A stretch of DNA of 64,000 nt from an uncultured Candidatus Saccharibacteria bacterium. GTDB lineage: Bacteria > Patescibacteriota > CPR2 > UBA1875 > CAIMLA01. Location: contig CAZCRI010000005.1 of NCBI GenBank assembly GCA_964501135.1, positions 14,771 to 78,770 of the forward strand, in the 5' to 3' direction. The notes beneath the pieces were generated by a model, which saw only the letters and a list, made by a program, of their open reading frames with translations, searched no databases and had not been told where the DNA came from. Each line of letters starts with the position of its first letter. Positions within the stretch are counted from its first letter, which is position 1. The translations under genes and the position numbers were made by a program. Positions 59,414 to 64,000 of this stretch are shown here, one piece after another.

Positions 59414-60305
59414 TAATATACCTCGGCCTGTTGAGGGCCTCTTTATATATTTTATCTATATAGATTCCTACCAACCCAAGGGAAACCAGAATCAAGCTGA
59501 TACAGAGCCCGAACAATGGAAGAAGCAGCTTGTCACTTATTAGAACGCGGCCTGTGGCCATTTGTGCTATTGACAGTGCAAATAGAACCAAGGGCACAAC
59601 CGCAAAATAATATGCCAGAGATAGGGGCAAAGAAGAGAAACTCACAATACCAGATACCGCCAACTTAATCATCTTCTTCAGCGGATATTTAGTTTCACCA
59701 GCCATCCTTTTTGATCGATCAAACAATACGTTGTCATTTCTGAATCCCACAAACGCAACAAGGCCGCGAACAAAGGGGTCTTTTTCCTTCATACCTCTTA
59801 GGGCCATTACAACTTTTTTATCAATAAGGCGAAAATCCCCGACATCGCTCGGTATATCTACGGTTGTTAAGGTCCTAAGAATTCGATAAAACCAATAGGC
59901 TGTGAACTTTTTAAAGGCCCCGTCTTGTCTTTTCTTCCTTTTAGCATAAACAACCTCCCCACCCTTTTCCCACGATTTGATTAAGTCCAAGATCACCACA
60001 GGTGGGTCTTGAAGGTCTGCATCCATTGTCACCACACAATCACCATTCGCATAATCCATGCCTGCGGTAATCGCATATTGATGTCCAAAATTCCTTGAAA
60101 AGTGAATGACGGTAATTCGGTTATCTTTATTAGCAAGGTTTTCTAAAATATCTCCGGAACCATCACTGCTGCCGTCGTTAACGTATATGATTTCGAGTCT
60201 GTATTTTTCTTCGAGAAACCGGAGGCTGGATGACAGTTCTTTGTGGAATCCCAAGATGCCTTCTTTTTCGTTATAGACAGGCGCCACTATGGACACTAAT
60301 TTCAT
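59376..60305 (-). CDS. GT2 polyprenyl-phosphate sugar synthase (ArnC/GtrB-like) with C-terminal 2-TM tail
   Basis: VSIVAPVYNEKEGI...VNDGSSDGS...TMDADLQDPP; C-terminal hydrophobic helices; 309 aa. Confidence 0.85.
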   Translation of the reverse strand: MKLVSIVAPVYNEKEGILGFHKELSSSLRFLEEKYRLEIIYVNDGSSDGSGDILENLANKDNRITVIHFSRNFGHQYAITAGMDYANGDCVVTMDADLQDPPVVILDLIKSWEKGGEVVYAKRKKRQDGAFKKFTAYWFYRILRTLTTVDIPSDVGDFRLIDKKVVMALRGMKEKDPFVRGLVAFVGFRNDNVLFDRSKRMAGETKYPLKKMIKLAVSGIVSFSSLPLSLAYYFAVVPLVLFALSIAQMATGRVLISDKLLLPLFGLCISLILVSLGLVGIYIDKIYKEALNRPRYIIDRIYNAKNKKA

Positions 60306-61288
60306 ACTCGCTCCTTATGTTGCTTCTTTTCCCACTCCCAAGCTGTCTTAATTATTGTCTCCATATTACTATATTTCCTGTCCCAATCCATCAGCCCCCT
60401 TGCCTTTTCTGAAGAGGCAATAGAAATAACAATATCGCCAGCTCTCCGTTTACCCTCTCTAATAAGGAAACCCGAGCCAGTGACCTGCTTCGTAATTTCG
60501 GCAATTTCCCTCACGGTAAAACCCTCCTCGCTACCGAGGTTAACTATGACAGGCAGCCCTCCATTTTCGAGGTACTGTAGTGCTTTTACGTGCGCACTGG
60601 CCAAGTCACTAACATGAATCATGTCGCGAACACAGGTGCCGTCCTTGGTGTCATAGTCGGTGCCCAAGATAGTGAAATCCTTTTCCTCAATTGCTGCCCG
60701 CATTAGGATTGAGATCAGATCCTCTCCTTTTTCGTGATTGTTCCCCAATTCACCCTCGGGATCCGCACCGCCAGCGTTGAAATATCTAAGCGAAACGTGC
60801 TTCATAGGGTGAGCCGCTGAGCTGTCTTGGAGAATTTGTTCAAACATAAGTTTTGACCAGCCGTAAGGATTAGTTGGTATGGTTGGAAAATCCTCGGTAA
60901 TAGGACTACCTTGGACATCTCCGTAAACTGCGGCTGAGGAAGAAAAGATGAGGTTACTTACCTCTCCCTGAACACACATCTTAAGCAGTTGGATGCTCTT
61001 AGACACATTGTTTTCATAGTATTTTTCAGGGTCGGCAACAGATTCAGGAGCTATTTTTGATGCCGCAAAATGAATCACTGTATCAACTCCTCGCTCAAAA
61101 GTTGAGGACAATAGATCCACGTCGGCAAAGTCTCCCTTTAGGAAATCCACACCACGTGGGATTCGGTTCTGGTCGCCGGCTGACAAATCGTCAACAACTA
61201 CAATATCTTTGCGCCCCGCTTTGATTAGTTCCTTTATCGTATGGCTACCTATATACCCAGCCCCGCCAGTTACTAGTATTATACCCAT
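60302..61288 (-). CDS. galE: UDP-glucose 4-epimerase
   Basis: MGIILVTGGAGYIGSH, YxxxK SDR catalytic pattern; 328 aa. Confidence 0.85.
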   Translation of the reverse strand: MGIILVTGGAGYIGSHTIKELIKAGRKDIVVVDDLSAGDQNRIPRGVDFLKGDFADVDLLSSTFERGVDTVIHFAASKIAPESVADPEKYYENNVSKSIQLLKMCVQGEVSNLIFSSSAAVYGDVQGSPITEDFPTIPTNPYGWSKLMFEQILQDSSAAHPMKHVSLRYFNAGGADPEGELGNNHEKGEDLISILMRAAIEEKDFTILGTDYDTKDGTCVRDMIHVSDLASAHVKALQYLENGGLPVIVNLGSEEGFTVREIAEITKQVTGSGFLIREGKRRAGDIVISIASSEKARGLMDWDRKYSNMETIIKTAWEWEKKQHKERV

Positions 61289-61564
61289 TTAGGCCTGCAA
61301 CTCTATCGCTGCGTCTGAGCACATATTTTCACAAATTCTACACATTACACAATTGCCAATTTCACATTTTATAGTTGGTTCACCTTTAGCATTGAGCTGT
61401 TCATTGTCCCACTCCAAAGCATTTTGGGGGCACATATCTACACAAAGTCCGCAGCCTTCGCACTTATTCACCAGCTGTACCCAACTAATCTTTTCATTTG
61501 TATATGTCTTTTTTATGTCGCTCATAGCTCCCCTTTCCGGGCACAAAAAATTGTTAGTTTTCAA
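61289..61564 (-). CDS. 2x[4Fe-4S] ferredoxin-like small protein
   Basis: CEGCGLCVDMCP and CVMCRICENMCS cluster-binding motifs; 91 aa. Confidence 0.7.
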   Translation of the reverse strand: MKTNNFLCPERGAMSDIKKTYTNEKISWVQLVNKCEGCGLCVDMCPQNALEWDNEQLNAKGEPTIKCEIGNCVMCRICENMCSDAAIELQA

Positions 61565-62420
61565 GAGTTCTTAGATATTTACGGAATTCTTGCCCAAGTT
61601 TGTCGTGCTGGAGCGCCATATGAACCGTCGCCTTCAAAAAGCCCAGCTTATCGCCTGTATCAAAACGCTCATCAGTAAGCTTGTAGGCGTGCATTCCATC
61701 GTTTTTTATTAGCTCTAAGATACCGTCTGTAAGCTGGATTTCGTCACCTGCCCCCGGTTTAGTCTCTTCGAGGTAGCTGAATATCTCTGGCTTTAGTACA
61801 TAGCGCCCAATAACCGCGAAGTTCGATGGGGCATCGGCTCTTGCCGGTTTTTCGATAATTCCCTTTAGGGCAAACGAAGATTCCTTACTCCCATCAACTG
61901 GGTCCACGATTCCGTAAGAGGAAACCTTGTCCTCTGCCACTTCCTCAGTCAGAATCACTGACTTACCCGTCTGTTCGAAAACCTCAATCATTTGATCGAT
62001 ACAAGGCTTGGCGCCGACCACCAAATCGTCAGGTAGAATAACCGCAAAGGGCTCTTCGCCTATAAAATCCTTGGCACGAAGCACCGCGTGACCGAGACCT
62101 AGAGGCTCTTTTTGTCGAATGTATACGATATTTGCCATGTCCGAGATGCTCTTAACCTCGGCTAGTACATCGAGCTTCCCTTTGAGCTCAAGGGTATGTT
62201 CTAGCTCATAAGAGTGGTCGAAATAGTCCTCAATGGAGTTTTTACCACGACCAGTGATGATAATAATGTCGGTAATTCCAGATTTTACCGCCTCTTCGAC
62301 AGCATAATGGATTGCAGGTCGGTCAATAATCGGTAGCATTTCCTTGGGCATTGATTTGGTGGCTGGTAAGAACCGGGTTCCGAAACCCGCAGCTGGAATA
62401 ACGGCTTTGCGTATCTTCAA
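61554..62420 (-). CDS. galU: UTP--glucose-1-phosphate uridylyltransferase
   Basis: KAVIPAAGFGTRFLPATKSMPKEMLPIIDRP; 288 aa. Confidence 0.9.
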   Translation of the reverse strand: MKIRKAVIPAAGFGTRFLPATKSMPKEMLPIIDRPAIHYAVEEAVKSGITDIIIITGRGKNSIEDYFDHSYELEHTLELKGKLDVLAEVKSISDMANIVYIRQKEPLGLGHAVLRAKDFIGEEPFAVILPDDLVVGAKPCIDQMIEVFEQTGKSVILTEEVAEDKVSSYGIVDPVDGSKESSFALKGIIEKPARADAPSNFAVIGRYVLKPEIFSYLEETKPGAGDEIQLTDGILELIKNDGMHAYKLTDERFDTGDKLGFLKATVHMALQHDKLGQEFRKYLRTLEN

Positions 62421-62422
62421 AT

Positions 62423-62887
62423 CTACTCTCCTGATTTTGGTTTAATCACAAGTACCCTCTCTTTTCCTACGCCTGATGAGTCGGAGGTAAGCCCTTCTCG
62501 GTCGACAATACTATGAACCAAGCGCCTTTCGTAAGAGTTTAATCCAGTGAGACGCTCGGGAAAACCGCTGGTTTGCACTTTCTTAATCGCGGCAAGTGCC
62601 ATAGTTTCAGTTCGGGAGTCCTTATTTTTCATATAATCGCCGGCATCGATACGAAGCACAAAATCCTTATCTATCTGGTGCCGAACCATAATCCCTAGGA
62701 GATAGGAAAAGTCGGCTAGCGTTTCACCATGGAATCCGATGATAATCGAGGTGTCTTTGCCAACAAGTTTAACCCGAACGGCCTCGGTGTCTGCACTAAC
62801 TTCTGGATGCAAAGAAAGTTTCATCCCACGTAGTAACTCTACGGTGATGTCTTCGATAATCTTTAAATCGCCGTGTGTGATTGCCAT
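62423..62887 (-). CDS. jag: Jag/KhpB RNA-binding protein (KH + R3H domains)
   Basis: C-terminal R3H LNSYERRLVHSIV; position immediately after yidC; 154 aa. Confidence 0.8.
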   Translation of the reverse strand: MAITHGDLKIIEDITVELLRGMKLSLHPEVSADTEAVRVKLVGKDTSIIIGFHGETLADFSYLLGIMVRHQIDKDFVLRIDAGDYMKNKDSRTETMALAAIKKVQTSGFPERLTGLNSYERRLVHSIVDREGLTSDSSGVGKERVLVIKPKSGE

Positions 62888-62889
62888 CG

Positions 62890-63741
62890 CTATTTCTTGC
62901 CCTTTGCTGGCTTCTTTGTCTTGGTATCTTCGGATGCCACCTCTATCGCTGCTTCTTTATCTAGCTCCACAACCTCTTCTCTCATTGATAACCACTGTTG
63001 AAGGTAAGCCACCGCTGTGGTTACCGTCCAATATAGAGGCAAAGCCGCCGGCCAGATAAGCCCGATGTATAGAATCATTAGGGGCATCATGTAGGAGAGC
63101 ATCCCCAGGGTTTGTGCACTTTGGTTGTTCTTCTGGTCTTTTGGTACCATCAGTCGCATCTGGAAGAACTGCGCCACCGCTGCAACAACGGCAAAAATTA
63201 TTTCCTTATTTATTACGAGGGGCTTCGTGCTTGCGAGCGCCTTCTGGGAAAGGTCAAAGAATCCGAGGAAATGAGTGTTAAAAGTCCCTGAGAGAGCACT
63301 TTTCACAAAACCCAGACCATCTACCCAATCGTATAGATAGTGCCAGATACCGGCGTCTTTATTCACCAGATTAATGAATGCTGGCGCGCTAAATTTAATA
63401 ATTGAGTAGTAGAGCGCAATCATCAGCGGTAATTGGATCAGAGAAGGTAAACAAGAAGAAAGAGGGTTAACCTCCTTCTCTTTATAGAGCTCCAGTGTCA
63501 TCGCCTGAACTTTCTGCGGGTCATTCTTATACTTTTCACTTATTTTTTTGATCTCAGGTTGTAGGGCAGTAAGCGCTTTCTGGTTTTTCATTGTCGTTGC
63601 CTGTAGGGGCCAGAGAATCGCTCGGATCAGGAGGGTAAGCAAGATAATAGCGAGTCCAAAGTCGTGAAAAGGGATAATGCTATAAAGCAAAACCAAGACA
63701 TTTACTAGCGGTTGGATAAGAATCGTCTCAAAGATGTTCAT
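62890..63741 (-). CDS. yidC: membrane protein insertase YidC (short, Gram-positive/CPR-type)
   Basis: LIQPLVNVLVLLYSIIPFHDFGLAIILLTLLIRAILWPL 60-kDa_IMP motif; 5 TM; 283 aa. Confidence 0.9.
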   Translation of the reverse strand: MNIFETILIQPLVNVLVLLYSIIPFHDFGLAIILLTLLIRAILWPLQATTMKNQKALTALQPEIKKISEKYKNDPQKVQAMTLELYKEKEVNPLSSCLPSLIQLPLMIALYYSIIKFSAPAFINLVNKDAGIWHYLYDWVDGLGFVKSALSGTFNTHFLGFFDLSQKALASTKPLVINKEIIFAVVAAVAQFFQMRLMVPKDQKNNQSAQTLGMLSYMMPLMILYIGLIWPAALPLYWTVTTAVAYLQQWLSMREEVVELDKEAAIEVASEDTKTKKPAKGKK

Positions 63742-63846
63742 ATATTTCTTTCTCTAATTACAATACGTCAGTGACCATTTTAGCACAGAATACCACCGCG
63801 GTTAAGTACTGTAGGCGCAGCCCCGTTTTGCCAGCCTTATCCCCTT

Positions 63847-63890
63847 AAATGTGGATAAGATAAAGGGGTTGTGGAAAACTATTTTTAGTA
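63847..63890. promoter_or_regulatory. DnaA-box cluster upstream of yidC (perfect TTATCCACA on minus strand at 63860..63868 plus two 7/9 matches)
   Basis: ccTTATCCCCTtaaaTGTGGATAAgataaaggggtTGTGGAAAac. Confidence 0.45.
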
Positions 63891-64000
63891 CTATAATGAG
63901 CACAGATTTGACTAAATACTGGGTCTTGGGCGGCCCAAAAGGGGTGGAAATTGGAAAAAGAACAGGTCTGGAAATCAGTCCTTGGCGAACTTGAGGTTTC

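Overview
This 64-kb window comes from a small, roughly 45% GC bacterial genome; its gene content is compatible with a Patescibacteria/CPR-like organism, but that assignment is a low-confidence guess. Housekeeping and energy genes are a 5'-truncated [NiFe]-hydrogenase large subunit with its terminator, a TrmB-family regulator, hypC plus an unknown partner, tilS-ftsH-murJ-lepA, and a complete F1Fo ATP synthase operon (two small AtpI/AtpZ-like genes, then atpBEFHAGDC, minus strand). Also present are tRNA-Asn(GUU), yidD-rnpA-rpmH, family-II pyrophosphatase (ppaC), and yidC-jag with DnaA boxes upstream, which hints at a nearby origin. About 29 kb (33.4-62.4 kb) is a cell-envelope glycopolymer biosynthesis island. 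It carries a WecA/MraY-like initiating transferase, several GT1/GT2/GT26/GT-C glycosyltransferases, a TagGH/Wzm-Wzt-type ABC exporter, and fnlA-fnlB-fnlC-wbuB for UDP-L-FucNAc. It also carries GtrA/GtrB/DUF2304-like polyprenyl-phosphate-sugar components, an LtaS-like sulfatase-family protein, galE, galU and a small 2x[4Fe-4S] ferredoxin. The most unusual locus is at 6.69-7.37 kb. A tRNA-Ile(CAU) gene, the substrate of TilS, is split by a ~608-nt group I intron whose core P3-P9 elements are recognisable. The opposite strand of the intron's 5' extension encodes an HNH-endonuclease domain that reads through in frame, with no stop codon, into tilS. Several 55-62% GC islands of orphan genes are embedded in the low-GC background: 1.2-2.75 kb; the hypC region at 3.7-4.6 kb; two hemerythrin-flanking genes at 14.0-14.6 kb and 15.2-15.8 kb; and a three-gene cassette at 30.2-31.3 kb. 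A 1029-aa secreted BNR-repeat/lipase/Ig-like protein sits next to an ArsR-family regulator with a long palindromic operator. No CRISPR array or rRNA was found.
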